A stretch of DNA of 64,000 bases from Vitrella brassicaformis CCMP3155 (GCA_001179505.1 CDMY01000292.1:1-64000); one strand, 5' to 3'; counted from the first letter of the stretch, positions 11,101 through 24,536 are shown. Notes: generated by a model not told the origin, from the letters alone. Numbers and translations: made by a program.

Positions 11101-12127
11101 GTGCCTGCGTCTGTGTCGTGTGCTTTCAGGGCTGCACTGTCCGTCTACATTGATTACTTGAAGACGCACAGGCACTTTCTTGACGCCGTCGTAACCGGTG
11201 CGGGTCTATTCAGGAGAGACACGTCCATCTCCGCATGTGTCTCTGTCTGTCTGTCTGTCTGTCTGTGTTTTGCCCTCCGAAGATCTTGATATGCCCCAAA
11301 TGAACGGAGCCGAGCTTGGCAAGCACCTCCACGATGTGCACCATCTCTACCGAGAGGAGGCTCTCCGACTGGGCTATGGCATCCAGAACCCAACCTTTCG
11401 CATGCTCCAGCCGGCCAACCTCCCCCACCCCACCAGCAGCCATGCCTCGGTCCCTCTTCTCGCCACCATCCCGCAATACCTGGTGGACTCTCTCGTGCGC
11501 CACCTGCAGTCGGTTTTGGACGCAATAGAGCAGCCACCAGCAGAGGCTGACACGAGTGGAGAGAACGAAGACTTCGAACTGGTCCTCACTGGATCGACGA
11601 AGCAGTCGGCGACCCACGGCGGGAACGAGGAGTTATCGGTGATGTCTTCGTTCAGCCAGCTGGCCAGGGGCCTCAGCCCGCAGATGGTGAAGGAGCTGAT
11701 GAATGAAGTCAATATTCGTGGGGGCAGCCGGCGGTCGAGCCTTAAAGGCGATGAGATCACCGCGCCCACTGACGGCACGACCCCAAATCGGCGGATCTCG
11801 CTGGCTGGAGTGCCTCATCCGCCGGCTAGTGACAACCAGGGTGTCGTAGTAAAAGGGCTGCTGCCCTGCCCACCTCCAATCGTCCTGGTGAGTGCTTTTC
11901 GCTTTGTCAGCTAATATGGAATGCATTGCATTGTGTGTGTGGTGAGGTACATGTGTGCAGGTGACGGGTGCGAATCCGCAGTTCCTCAAACGCCTCGAAA
12001 AGACCGTCTTCACCGCTGTCGTGGAGAAAGGTCGTGTATGACGTGACAAACATTCTTGCCGACATTCATATATGCCGCATTGTGTATGTCTGCAGGCAAA
12101 ATGAAGCGACTCAAGGAGCTGTTTTGA
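8106..12127 (+). CDS. Membrane-bound hybrid sensor histidine kinase (multi-TM input, HisKA, HATPase_c, receiver), multi-exon
   Basis: Hydrophobic helices at 8452-9040. H-box LATMHHELKNGLHVM (about 9216-9260). N-box NNAIKF, G1 VTDSGIGID and G2 STGLGLSY. Receiver LLLVDDIEFIR ... AVVT|DLDMPQMNG ... PPIVLV|TGA ... AVVEK. Stop TGA at 12125-12127. Confidence 0.9.
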
Positions 12128-12726
12128 TATACGTGGATGAGCTGGCTGATCAATATCGATCTGTAGGGGAGCAAAATCGGGCTGCCTGTGCTTGCCCCAC
12201 AAGGAGGCAAGCGCGAGTGCATCATGTATGGCTCGGGTTTTCACGTATTTTATGTAACAGCTGCACTGCTGCAGACCGTAGCCGACTGTGCTGCGCCGGG
12301 GGACTTTGACTGAGCGCTCTTAATAATGAGCCTCTTATCGACTGTATTTCTGTGCGTGTGTGTGGCATTCTAGTGGTCCTGTTGCATGTAAGTAAGCACG
12401 CAAGCGTGTATTTGTCATTGTCTGTGTCCCCCTTCCTCCCTCGACTCGAGCTGCTTCCCCCCACCTCTCTCTATCTATATGGATTTCTATATGACTTTTT
12501 TCGAGGTAGTTTCTGAGCACATCTCCGCAGATGGTGAGGTCACCATCGTTGAACTGGTATGGCCGCGACCAGCCCCAAGTGCCGAAGCTCTTGCGACGTC
12601 CGTGTGTATGCCATTGAATGAGTGACGGGAATTACCTTGCATGTCTCTGAGGCGAGCTGGAAATTGGGGCCCTGCAGGAAGATCTATGTCTTTGTGAATA
12701 TTCTCTTTGTGAACTCCAAGAGCCAA

Positions 12727-15700
12727 ATGTTGCTTCCCATGGTCCTACTGACAGCCGCATTCTTCGCCGCTGCTTTGATCGTGTCGTCGCTGCCGGCAGC
12801 TGAGGCATGGGGCAGACGGCTGCTGCCGATCAAGACGCCACGCTCCGCTGCAGCCCGCAGTCGGCCTGCAGCCCCACAGAGATACGCTCTTCTGGCGGGC
12901 GACAGAGGCCTTGCTATGCGGCTCACCAATCAGAAGCGAGGAGAGAATATGAGCGAAAGGAGACGATTGTCAGTCAAACCAAATGACCTGACAATGACGT
13001 TTCCTGCCCTTCCAATCCTTCCCGAGGAGGTCGCATGATAACGCACACACGCCGCCTCCGTCGGCCGACACATACCCATATCAATCAGAGGTGTGTGTGT
13101 GTGTGTGTGCGTGTGTGTGTCCACAGGACTTCGATGATAGCAAGGGTGAGAAGGCGAATGGGGGTGGATGCACACTTTCCGCGTTCAACTCATTTTGTGT
13201 CTCTTGTAAGGAATTAAGATTCGTGCCTGGATGCGGCTGCATGGCCTCAAGATCAAGCCTGACGTGAAGAAAGATGGTCATCGAAGGTATTGGGTTCCGC
13301 TGCTATCTGTTGAGGGGAGCCACTCAGAAGAGATGCGTTCTTTGAGGAGCCAGGAACCGCCTTTCTCGCCTGTGGCGCTCGTGACAGCCCTAAAGGGAGA
13401 GCTTTACGGCAACCGAACTGCCTCTTGGGAGCTGTGTTGCGCTTCTAAAGTGGCAGACAATTCCTCTCGCCAGACGGCATCGGGCTTCAACTGGATGTCA
13501 GATTATATAATCTGCATGCCATTCATTCCACAGCGGAGTTCAGCAGCAAATGATATGTCCTTCGAGGCGTCCTTCTCGTGGACTCACATCGCTTGCCAAG
13601 CGGAAGTCAGAGAAACGCATGGCGACAAAAATGCGGGAACAAACAACACCAACCACCAAGCGCAAAACAACAGCTTCTCCCTTACGATACTGGTGAATGG
13701 CACCCTCGCGCGGCAGAGCACTCTGAAGATCCCCCCTGACCCTGATGAGTGGCTGTCGAAGAGTTATAACCACACAAACGCAAGTTGGCTATCGTCTGTG
13801 ATCGATGCAGACTTAAAGTCTACACATGTCATTCCCAACTTGGAGAGGCGGGTCGCCTTCCAAGCGCTGGAGGGCGTCAGGAGCTTCCGGGCAGCGAATG
13901 AGATGACAGTCAGCTTCTCTGGGCTATACCAGAGACTGCCTATGCCTCCCCAGCTGCCGGCTTTTCTTTTTGCAGTGGAAGCATCTGGAGATATGACGGC
14001 GAAAGAGAATTGGCTTATCGTGCAGGACGCCGACACGGGTTTCTCACTTACCGGGGTGGCCAGCACAATGCTGAACGGTGTCTTAGCAGAGATCGAGACG
14101 ACACCAGCATACAGGATGGCTCGAGATGGCGCTTTTGTCTTCGACATTGAAGTCAGCCAGGCAGATCATCCACACACACGACACACACATCCCTGCTCAT
14201 CGGTCTGTGTGTCGATGTGTGTGGCCTGCCTGCCTGCCTGCCTCCAGTTCGACAGCGTACGAGCTTGGAAAGACGTCGGCTCGGAGGAAGAGGGCGAAGC
14301 GAGACAACAGGCAGGGACACCATCCGCCCTCCCACATTACACGTGTTGCGTCTCTATGTGTGTGCGTGTGAGCAGACTCGCGCGGACGTCCTTTACATTC
14401 GACACATAAAGGTGAGGTGAGAACGGAGGGGGAGAGGCAAGATGGGTGCAAACGTCGGCTGGGTCTAAAAAAGCGATTTTGGTTTTTTATTTTCCTATTT
14501 TTGTTTTTTAATCCTATAAAAAACAACAACAACAACAACAGAATTTGTTTGCCTTTCTCGATTTCGATTTGGACGTGGACGTTGCTCCGGCACTGCACAC
14601 GGGCGGCGGCTTCAGAGTGCTGGAGAGGGTCTCACAGACCTACAGGTGCCCCAACGAGGCAATGCCATGTGGGACAACATGAACACACGCATGCACATAA
14701 TTCACATAAATGCTGTCCGATGTTGTCTGTTCGTGTGCAGCGACTGGGGTCTGCCATTCTTCGAGAATAGCACTGCAAGGCTTCCGCTCCAGCACGAGTT
14801 GACAGTCTTTCTTCAAGTGTCGTCCTGTCCCGACCCATCAAGACACGTATTCGACAGAGACGCGGAGGCTGTTGTGCTTCTAAGGGCGAGCCTGTATCCG
14901 GTCTACAGTGACATGCCAAGTTGGAAACATGCAGCTGTGGAGATGCTGCCTGAACAATTTCCCTTCGGTGTCCAGTTTGAGATTACGCAATTTCCTTTCG
15001 GTGGAATGCTCTTTGAGGTGTCCAGCCTAAAAGCCATTGATGACAAGAGCGTCAGCCGTGGAGTATGCGCGGGCTATTATCAGGTGGAAAGAGGACCTCC
15101 CGTTCACAGCCGAGATCTGCTGGGTGATGCAGAAGACGACCTTACGTATGAATCGAGGCCTTGTATTGTTTTCAATGCGACCCAATCGTTGGGGCGTCTC
15201 TGTCGGCACAAGAAGGGAGACAAGGTCAAGGATCTCCGGATAAGAAGCTTCGTTGACCTCTTCGGTTGCGGCACGGTGTTGCCCATGCTCTTAGTGCTGA
15301 GGGATTCGGCTGAAGATCTTGAGTGTTTCAAGTATGCTGTTCGTGCTGATACCAGATCGGATGCTGATGCATTTGTGCTACCAGACGTCCGACCAGCTGT
15401 CGGCTCTACGAGTGGGTCGGCTTTGTCATCTGAAAGACAGCCTAAGTGCCATCAGACGGCTCCAGTGCGTGTGACCATACACGATGAGAAACGACTACCG
15501 AAGCCTGATCCATTCGGCCAGATGTCTCCGATATGTCTCGGTAAGGGAATCGTATCATACTTAGCTCTTCACGCCTGCCTTTATTCGGCCTCCTGCCTGT
15601 GCGTGGTCTGATCAGGTCTCATTCGCACCAGTCTGACCCTCGATGCCCGCACAGACGCGACCAGAGAGAAATGTGAGACAGGCATATAAAAAGTAACATG

Positions 15701-18700
15701 CAAGATACACATGTCATGTCTCCTGTGCGTGTGACTGATGCAGGCGGGAGTTTGAGTCTGAAAGGCGACATGTGGGAGTTGGCATGCTTGCCTACCGCGG
15801 CATCGAGAAAACGGTGAATGAATTTCAGGTGAGAGAAAGCCATCCGTGTGCGTGTGGACTCTTGATTATTGCGAACATATGTTTACAGCCGACATTTCAT
15901 TCGTACTTGAACAGTGCTGTGGGCAATAAGTGTGAACTCGACTTCGCAATGATGCCTCTCGACTTCGATACAGTCTATGAAGCGGTGACTCATCCGCACG
16001 CGCATAAATAGGTTGCATCTGATTGGAGCCTTTCTGCTTCCTCCAGGCATCCGCAGGCCAGGTGCGTCGGGCTGACGGCGCCGTGGACATCGATTTCATC
16101 TTTACAAATGCAGGTGCAGCCAATGCGCATTGATTGAAATGAATGAAATGATGAGCTGACTGTCCGACTGACTGATCATGATGTGTACGTGCAGGAATGA
16201 ATGTCGAATTCGAAACAATGTACAGTAGTCGAGCACTGCTTTCCCTAACCAAGATTCGGTACGCAACCCTGAATTACGGTCCACACATCTCGCTGGCATC
16301 TGTGTGTCTCCCATCAGTCTTGGCATTCTCTTGCCCTTCTTCGGAGCTGTGCTGTTCACGAGGCGAAATGCCACGGACATCAACAATATCACCGATTGCA
16401 GAGGTGTGTCATCACTTTGCAAGACAGCTCCAATCAATTATGAGCGTCCCTCTCTCTGACAGGCAAGGTGATCTGTGGAGTGGATCGTCGTGCATTTGAC
16501 GCGTGGCATGTTGGCTGGCACGAGATGCTTAGACGAGTACGTGACGACGAAAATTAGACCAGCGCCCAATATCCTTTGTGTGTCAATGCTTCTGGGCTGG
16601 TGCAGGGTATTGACCCATATCAGGACGCTTCGAAAATAGAGTACTTCCATACTGGAGACAAGGTCAGTGAGACGCAGAGACGCAGGCGATCATGAGGCTG
16701 CTTCTGAGTGCTGTAATGTCATCGACGTAGACTGCGCTTGCCGTCCTCGACGGGAGATGTGATTGCGGCACAATCCGATCATCTACACTGGAGTCAATGG
16801 ATGCCGAAGGCACTATTCGCATCGATGATGTGAGGCTCTTGGTGACAAGGACTCATCCGAACTTCCCTTTTCTTTGCTCCACTGACCTGTATCCAGGTGA
16901 TGCGCATTGTCAATTTGTCATATTGTCTCAACCTGGTGTGTATTGTTTGGTGGTCAGAATGGGTGTTGTCGGCTCTCCAGCATGTTCCGGAGCGCTTGGC
17001 GATGAAAGTCGCACTCAGCCTGCTCTTCATCAATAGCTCTGATGCCACGGCAGAGTGGGCGAAGCAAAGAGGCAATTACGCAGGTTTGACATCAAAATTT
17101 TGGAGACACGGTGATGTCTCGCCACGTCTGCATGTCAATGCTAGGCTGGACTCTTCCGCAAAACGCCGCTGTGGTGCGCCTGATGCTTACAGGTGAGCAC
17201 AATCTTACACAATGCAGACTGCCTGGCAGACTGCCCGGGAGAAATGTACGTGAGTCTCTTGCATTTCCGCAGAGCTCGGCGTATTGACGGCTCTCGGCAG
17301 CTGCGAGGCGGGTTACGTGATGCACAGCAATGGCGACTGCGAGCAATGTCCCCCTGGCACATTCAGTGAAACAAAGGGAGCCCGAGCCTGCCGCATGTGC
17401 CCCTCTGGCAGCTTTGCAGCGGAGCCCGGTAGCACAAAATGTGAGAGGTACAGCTTAACGGCATTTTCGATGGTGAAAGTAAAAGAAAATCGCATGTTTC
17501 CCCTATCAGGTGCGAGCTGGGCTATTACATCGATCGTCCCGGAAGAGATTCCTGCAAGCAATGCCCGGGAGTGCGTACAACAGCCTATCCGGGCGCCTCG
17601 TCAGATGACAGCTGCGTCTGCCCGACGGCAAGCGACAGCATTGTGTCAATCTGCTTCTTTTCAGTTGTCTCCGTCCCCTGTCACACGCAGGGCACGTATG
17701 AGAAGCCGATTGCATCGAGAGACAGGGAAGAGGGCTTCAAAGAATGCTTTGACTGCCCGCATGGTCTGAGGTGCGAGGGCAGCGACATGCTCCCCAGCGT
17801 CGCGGCAGGCTATTGGGTGGACACGCGAGAATGGCTACCAGGAAACGCCTCTCTAAGATATGACTTTGAGCCCGACATCTACGCCTGCCATCCTCACGAG
17901 GCCTGTCCAGGCGGCCCGCTGGACAGTCGGATGATCGAGAAGACGGCAAATCAGCCGAAGGCTGCTGCAACCATGCCCAGGATCTGCAGGTCCAGTCTGT
18001 GAAAGCATCTTTGCAGTCACGCTCCCAACAGAGCATAGTGCTTCTGTTTTGTTCCCGCTCAGGGAAGGTGTTGATCAGACTTTTATCGCGTGCAGTAAAT
18101 GCCTACCTCGATACTTCTCAAGGCGAGCTGGTGGGTCAGCTGACTTGTTCAGGACTTGAAATAGGTGCACATGATATCGCTTCAGGCTTCTGCGAGCCAT
18201 GCGGCCATACCCCTGCAGTCGTCCAGATGGCGTGGGCAAGCATTCTCCTCCTGCTGACCATGGCGTTTTTTGGATTCATCCACTTCTACATCAACCGCGT
18301 TAGCAATGCCAGCGGAAGACCCGATGGTACTTTGATTAAAAAGTAAGAGAAAGGTGAGAAGCCCAAACCTCCACTAAATTCACTCACAGACACGAAACTA
18401 CCTGCGTGTGTCTTCCTCCCCCCCTCTCTCTCTGTATGTCTCTCTCTTCCTCCATATTTGTCCCATGTAGCCTCGGCCAGGTTTTCTCTCTCGCCGTGCG
18501 GTATCTCATGACAGTCGGAATCTTCGTGTCGTTCAATGTCAGCCACTATTCATTAGATGTCCTTCACACGGCATCTTTGACGAACATGCATCTTTTTCCG
18601 CTTTCCGCAGGTTCCGTGGCCTGAGCCTTCATCATCCTTCATCGCCGCAGGTGCCGTGATGTCTCTGTCGAGGAAGGGAACGTCTGACTCTCATCTACGC

Positions 18701-21670
18701 TCTCTTTGCCCAACCATCAGGCTCACTGATTGATCTCGACCTTCGCCACCTCAGGCCCGAATGCTTCCTACGTGTCGAGATGACGCCGCCAAGATACTAC
18801 CTACCGCGGCTCCTGCTACCCATCATGATAATAGGGATATTTCCCCTCATGTGGGCACTCTCGCTAATCCCATGGGGGTTCAAGAGGCTTCTCTTTGGCA
18901 CCACATCTGTGGGCCGCAGCGACAGCCAGAAATGGCACGAGTCAGAGATGTCGAGTGTTGGCATCTTCGTGAGAACCCCTGCCCTCACACAGCTTCGACC
19001 AACGCTCAGTGCTCCGGCAATGCAGATCAACTATAGCGAAAGAAGAGCAACTATAGCGAAAGAAGAGCTGGCGGTATCAGCAGCAGTGAAAAGGGTACGT
19101 GTTGCCCACATACAATGCACTTCTTAAAGTTCTTATTAAGATTCAATCTCGTCTGTTTTTTCAGACTCTAGTGGTGGCTGGAAGGGCTTACTACGCTGGG
19201 TAAAGCAGCAGCCGGATCGCATGCGAAAAGGGACCACCAACGTGTGCTACAGCCTGATGGAGTGGTCGCCAATGAGTCTGAATCGGCTGTGTAACTCAAT
19301 GGTCATGATGGTGATGAGAAGGATACGAATGAGGCACGAAAGAGGCACCAATCAGCTGCAGCGTTTGCATTCATTGGTGTCTTAGATCTACTGTATCTAC
19401 ATCCCCATGGTCGTGAGCGTCACTTGCATCTTCCAAGTGAGCGTGGCGTGCTGAGATCACACTCAAGCTTGTACACACATATGCAGACAGCCACACTCAC
19501 GTGAGCCATCTCGTGGTCCATCAGTGCTTTCGCTACCCCAACGGGCGCTTCAGCTTAATCCACATGCCCTATGTAAGTATGTGCCCGTCTACCTTTCCAC
19601 CAATCTTGACACAGCTCATGTCTCTGTCCGTCTCTGTGCGTCTCCTCTCTCCTCTCTCGGTGCGATCAGACGCTGTGTTATGATGCGAAGTGGTGGAGCT
19701 CCCTGTTTCGCTTGGCGTGATTGGCGCTGTTGTCTACATCGTGGGTGTATTGGTCTTCTACAGCGTCATTTGGTACGTGGCGCCAAATAGCTGGCCGAAG
19801 AGTGCCGCGTTTAGAGTGAGATTTCGCTATTTATTTGAGTCATGCCGAGCGGTAAGTGAGCGCCACCATATGAGCAACCGCCCCACTAGCTGCATGACTT
19901 TGCGTTTGTATGGTGATTGCAACGTAGGATCGCTATTGGTGGATGCTCTTCAATTTGGCGAGGAATACACTGCTAGCGACGGTGCCCATCTTCTTATGGC
20001 ACGACGGGGCGTTGGAATGCTTTTGCGCCAAACTGATCATCATCTTCTCTCTCGTCTGCCATCTGCTTGCTTGGCCTTGGAGAACGCCCGCCAGTAAGAA
20101 AAAGATGTTTCCCTCTCCATGTCTCTGTTTTTGCCGCGATTCTGCATGCAGGCAACTACCTCGAGCTCATGTACAATGTTCTCTTGTTGATTCTCCTGAT
20201 GTACGTGCACATTCTTTTTCACGAAAAAGCGAGCCCCTATTGATATATATATGTGGCATATGCTCACCAGGGTCGGGTCATATTGGGCTGAACGACGGTC
20301 AGGATCGCTCCCATTCTTCCAGAGGCTTGTCTGGACTACCACTTTGATTGGCATTGTCGGAACTGTCGCGGCTGTGGGGTGCGCCAGCCACAGAAAGTAC
20401 ATGAACCACCAGCCAACACATATGTTTCCTTGTTTTTCTTCAGGTATTCGGTGCTTTGGACTTGCAAGCGTGGTCCATTGAGGCAGGCGCGGGCCAACTT
20501 TGTGCAGGTGGATGCACACAGAAGAAACCCTCAACTCTCATCGTGCTGCATTGTACGCTGCTGGCTCGTGCAGCGGGTTGTGGACGACATGCATATCACA
20601 TCGCATGCGATTGTCAGCTTCCTCCAGGGCGGGCACCGACAGCCGCTGCCATCCCTACCCTCTTTTAGAGAGCATGGCGACGGCACTGCACTTGACAGAA
20701 GCATGGCCCCCTCGAGCCGCGTGGATGAGCCACTGCCGCGCGAGGTTTATTTGAAGGCAGCTGTGAATCGGCTACACCGCGTCGATCTCAAGGCCATCAA
20801 CGATGCGCACCAGGTGAATGGCCATCAGGAGAATGGACCTGACACCGTCGAGCTGTGAATCGGCTCATCAGGTCATTGCGGTTGAAATTCTGCCCTTCAT
20901 CGAGCTCCTTGACTCCCAGTCGAGGCGGTACTTAGCCCAGCACAGCGCTTGTGAATGCACACATACTTCTGCACGATGTCTCTGCCACAAATGGATGTGT
21001 GTGCAGGCCGGGCATGCCAGGCGACAGCCGGCACGCCCGCCGCCGCACTCGGCGTATTTTTCTCGCCGAATTTGACCACGTCTATGACCATCTTCTCAAG
21101 ACCGCAGGCCACCTCAACCGTCCGGCCGACACTAGTGGTAACCTTGCTCGGGACCTTCCCCGGCGCAGGAGCCGCAGCTTTTCCGAAAGAGCCGCGGACG
21201 ACGGCCAAGACGACGACAGCAACAATGCAGAAAGTGATGTGCCGGCGCCCTCTCGACCTGATGAAGGAATGGCGCCTCCTTGTGAGCCGCCCGCCGCCGC
21301 GTCGCTGCCATGGACAACGGGAGACACCAAGCTAGACCCCACCCGACTCAGGCGAGGGAGCTTCGCCTCTTGCAGCACGATCAGCGACTTTTATCAATTG
21401 GAAGCCGCCAAGAAGGATGGTAGACCGCCGCAGCACCGCAAGGCGGACATACGACGAGAAGACACCCATGGGTTTGTGAGAGACACGATGTGGCTTGAGC
21501 GGAAGTGCTCTCCACTGCTGTGGCCGGCCGAACCAAGTCAGACTCACCCGGCTCGGTCCGATCGTGTGCGGGCGTCTTCTGCGAGGCCTCAGCAGCAGCT
21601 GGAGGGCGATGATGCAATCGAGGGCATATCTGTGTCGAGCGGTGGCAGCCACGATTCTCTATCTTGCTGA
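12727..21670 (+). CDS. Large putative cell-surface receptor: signal peptide, unknown ectodomain, PhnD/phosphonate-type solute-binding domain, Cys-rich repeats, about 7 TM helices and a cytoplasmic tail
   Basis: Signal peptide MLLPMVLLTAAFFAAALIVSS. SBP exons at 15760-17195 (VGMLAYRGIEKTVNEFQ/PTFHSYL..PLDFDTVYEA/IDFIFTNA/FFGAVLFTRR/GKVICGVD/GIDPYQD/FPFLCSTDLYP/VPERLAMKVALSLL). CxxCPxG repeats (CEQCPPGTFSETKGARACRMCPSGSFA; CFDCPHGLRC..VAAGYW). TM exons at 18200-20400. Whether 12.7-15.6 kb and the 3' tail belong to the same transcript is unproven. Confidence 0.6.
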
Positions 21671-21712
21671 CGAGAAAGGAGAGAGACACGTATTATCAGA
21701 CACGGTGTCTCC

Positions 21713-22012
21713 NNNNNNNNNNNNNNNNNNNNNNNNNNNNNNNNNNNNNNNNNNNNNNNNNNNNNNNNNNNNNNNNNNNNNNNNNNNNNNNNNNNNNNNN
21801 NNNNNNNNNNNNNNNNNNNNNNNNNNNNNNNNNNNNNNNNNNNNNNNNNNNNNNNNNNNNNNNNNNNNNNNNNNNNNNNNNNNNNNNNNNNNNNNNNNNN
21901 NNNNNNNNNNNNNNNNNNNNNNNNNNNNNNNNNNNNNNNNNNNNNNNNNNNNNNNNNNNNNNNNNNNNNNNNNNNNNNNNNNNNNNNNNNNNNNNNNNNN
22001 NNNNNNNNNNNN
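21713..22012. other. Assembly gap (300 N)
   Basis: Run of N. Confidence 1.
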
Positions 22013-22342
22013 TCCCCCCCCCCCCCCTCTCTCTCCGGTGTGCGCAGCATTTGTTTGGTTGTTTGCCTGTCGAGTGAGAGCATGCACAGCATGCACATTG
22101 TGCTCTTTCGCATCGGTGGCGGAGATACACACGCTAGATATGACATACGCGACCATACGCGATATCCATATAAATCATGTGACGTGCAGTAAATGCGGAT
22201 TGATCGCGCTTAGAGTCTGGGGTCAGTTCGAAGTCTGAAGCATCCTCCCACTCAGCGACCGACCAATCCCCACATACACATACACAAAAGCATCGATCCA
22301 TCGATGGCTATTCTGTGGCACCCGTGGCCGGACATGTGTCTC

Positions 22343-24536
22343 CTATAGCACTGACTCAATGAAAAATAAAATGCAGGCAGCCATGGATAGATTGATGAGG
22401 ACAGCTGGTCTCCTGCTCGCCGTGATGAGACTGCAGTCGTGCTCTTCCGAGGGAGCCGTAGTGGATTGTGTAGGGGCGGGCGAGTGAGGTTTCGTTGCGG
22501 TGTACAGGCACACCAGCAGTGATGACGAACGAGCCCAGCCAAGGAAAGCCAAAACCGCTTGAACAACACAAGAAATGTCCTTCTGGTCTTCACGAGCTGT
22601 CTTCACCCACCACGTATGAACTTCACGAGCTGGCCCACACGTATGCCAGTGGGACGGGCTCGCCCGTGTCACCGTCGACGTATGCCTGTGCCTGGCGGAG
22701 GATGTCGCAGCCATATATCTTCAGGGGCCGGCAGTGTGCTTGACGAAGACGCTGCGGTGGATGCAGTCTGCGCGAACAGACAGGAAAGAAACGGAAGAAG
22801 CACATCAGACAATCAATTTGTATGTTCCCAATGTGTCCTCATCCCCCCTTATTGTCGAGGAGCCCCGGCCAGATGTAGCCCATTGCCGTCTTCTCCATCC
22901 ACTTGAGTCATCAGCTGGGGCTCTCCGCCTTCTTCGACCTCCATCAGCAGCTCTTGAGCAGCTCAGCCACTCACTGCACACACATGCATATGTCTCCGCG
23001 TGAGTGTCTCACGTGTACAGCCACCCACCTGCACAACTTGTTTGAGCCTCTGGTGCAGGGTCCATTCCTCCTGGTCGAACTGAAACACGCACCGCTCTTT
23101 CAACGGGATGCGTTGAAGAGCTGGTATGGGGTGCACGGCCAACATGACACTTTGACGCAGCATGCACCTGGAGGGTCAAGTGCCTCTAATATAAAATGTC
23201 GGCAGCGATGCCCAGCGCCCAATTCCTCCTCGGCACCGGGGGGCGGATGCGAGCCAGCGTGATTTCATATATGAGCTGGGCCGCGATGGATACCGCCTGC
23301 CACTCGGCTGGCCTCCACCATGTCGACAACCTGGTCCATCAGCGAGGTAGCTCTCGTGCACCCAGGCCCTCTCGACGGCCAGCTCTGCACAGCGTCAAAG
23401 GGCGAGATGGAGAGACACAAAAGAGAGAGAGACTGTCTGCCTTTTCTATGTACAGGGGAGTTTGTCGAATTTGCGCTGGCGGGGGATGGGCGTGCGGGGC
23501 TGCGGCTCCTCGATGAGTCTCCATACCCTTCCTCATCGCCCCACGCATGCAGTTTCGCTCTCATGGCCCCGTGTTCTTGTCGTTGTTGCCTTGAGTGCAG
23601 CCATCGCCTGCCATTGGTCTCCATAAAGTGCCAGTTTGACCCTGGCCTCTCCCCTACGCCTGGCGACTGCAGCGCCTTAAGGGCGCGGTTCAGCTTGTCG
23701 CCGAGGTGGTGGAAGTGCCAGGGCCGGCAGGCATTCTTGCCCCCCTTCGCTTCCAGCGCGTAGTAAAGATAGATGGGAGCGTCTGGATTGCGAAGGGAGC
23801 CAAGCGGGCCGATGGCGAGGTCGATGACTGCACCAGCACCGGGCCGTCACTCAATGAGGGCCTCCATCGCCGCCAGGCCGTCTGAGAACTTCCGCTCACC
23901 CGCCAGGCCGCAAAACGCCTTGCAAGCTGGCTGAATCCACGGCTCGTCTCTCTAAGTCTTTCTAAGGACTCTTAAAGTTGAGGACAAAAGCGCCACACCC
24001 CAGACAGGTTGGCTGTCTCCGAGACGATGAGGAACACCTTTGATGACCGCGAGTGTGATGAGGAACACCTTGCCCCACGGGGTGTTGCGGGAAAAACGAG
24101 TGCATCTGTTGGGATCTGCATACATACATACATCGCATCACAACGCAGCATGACCCGCCTGCACTGGCCCGTTCTCCCTCTCTCTCCGCAGTCTACTTTC
24201 GAGTGTCACGACGATGGGGTTGTTGATGTCTTGGCCGCTGTCGCCGAAATACGATTGCGGCGTGGCGGCAGATGACGGGATGGGTGGACGGCCGAAAAAC
24301 TGGACGTCCTGCCGGCGATGGTACGACTGGACGTTGTTGAATGTGCGGAGTAGGTCCTCCTGCAGCAATTTCATCTGAGGTGGGTCTGCAGCTGTCCTCT
24401 CTGCTCCCTTCAGAGCCGCATCGAAGGCAGAGGCATTCATTGCGACGTTGTCGATGAACACAACTTTCTCCTTCGCACTCAGTGCCGTCAACATCACGAC
24501 TCGGTGGTCTGTTGTGTCGTGCTGCCTTCCGTCCAT
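22343..24536 (-). CDS. Spliced hypothetical protein (boundaries uncertain)
   Basis: Protein-like exons RVVMLTALSAKEKVVFIDNVAMN...ESRL and DEPWIQPACKAFCGLA|VIDLAIGPLGSLRNPDAPIYLYYALEAKGGKNACRPWHFHHLGDKLNRAL. The latter two are joined by a phase-1 GTGAGC..GTGCAG intron that removes an in-frame TGA. No family recognised. Confidence 0.45.
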
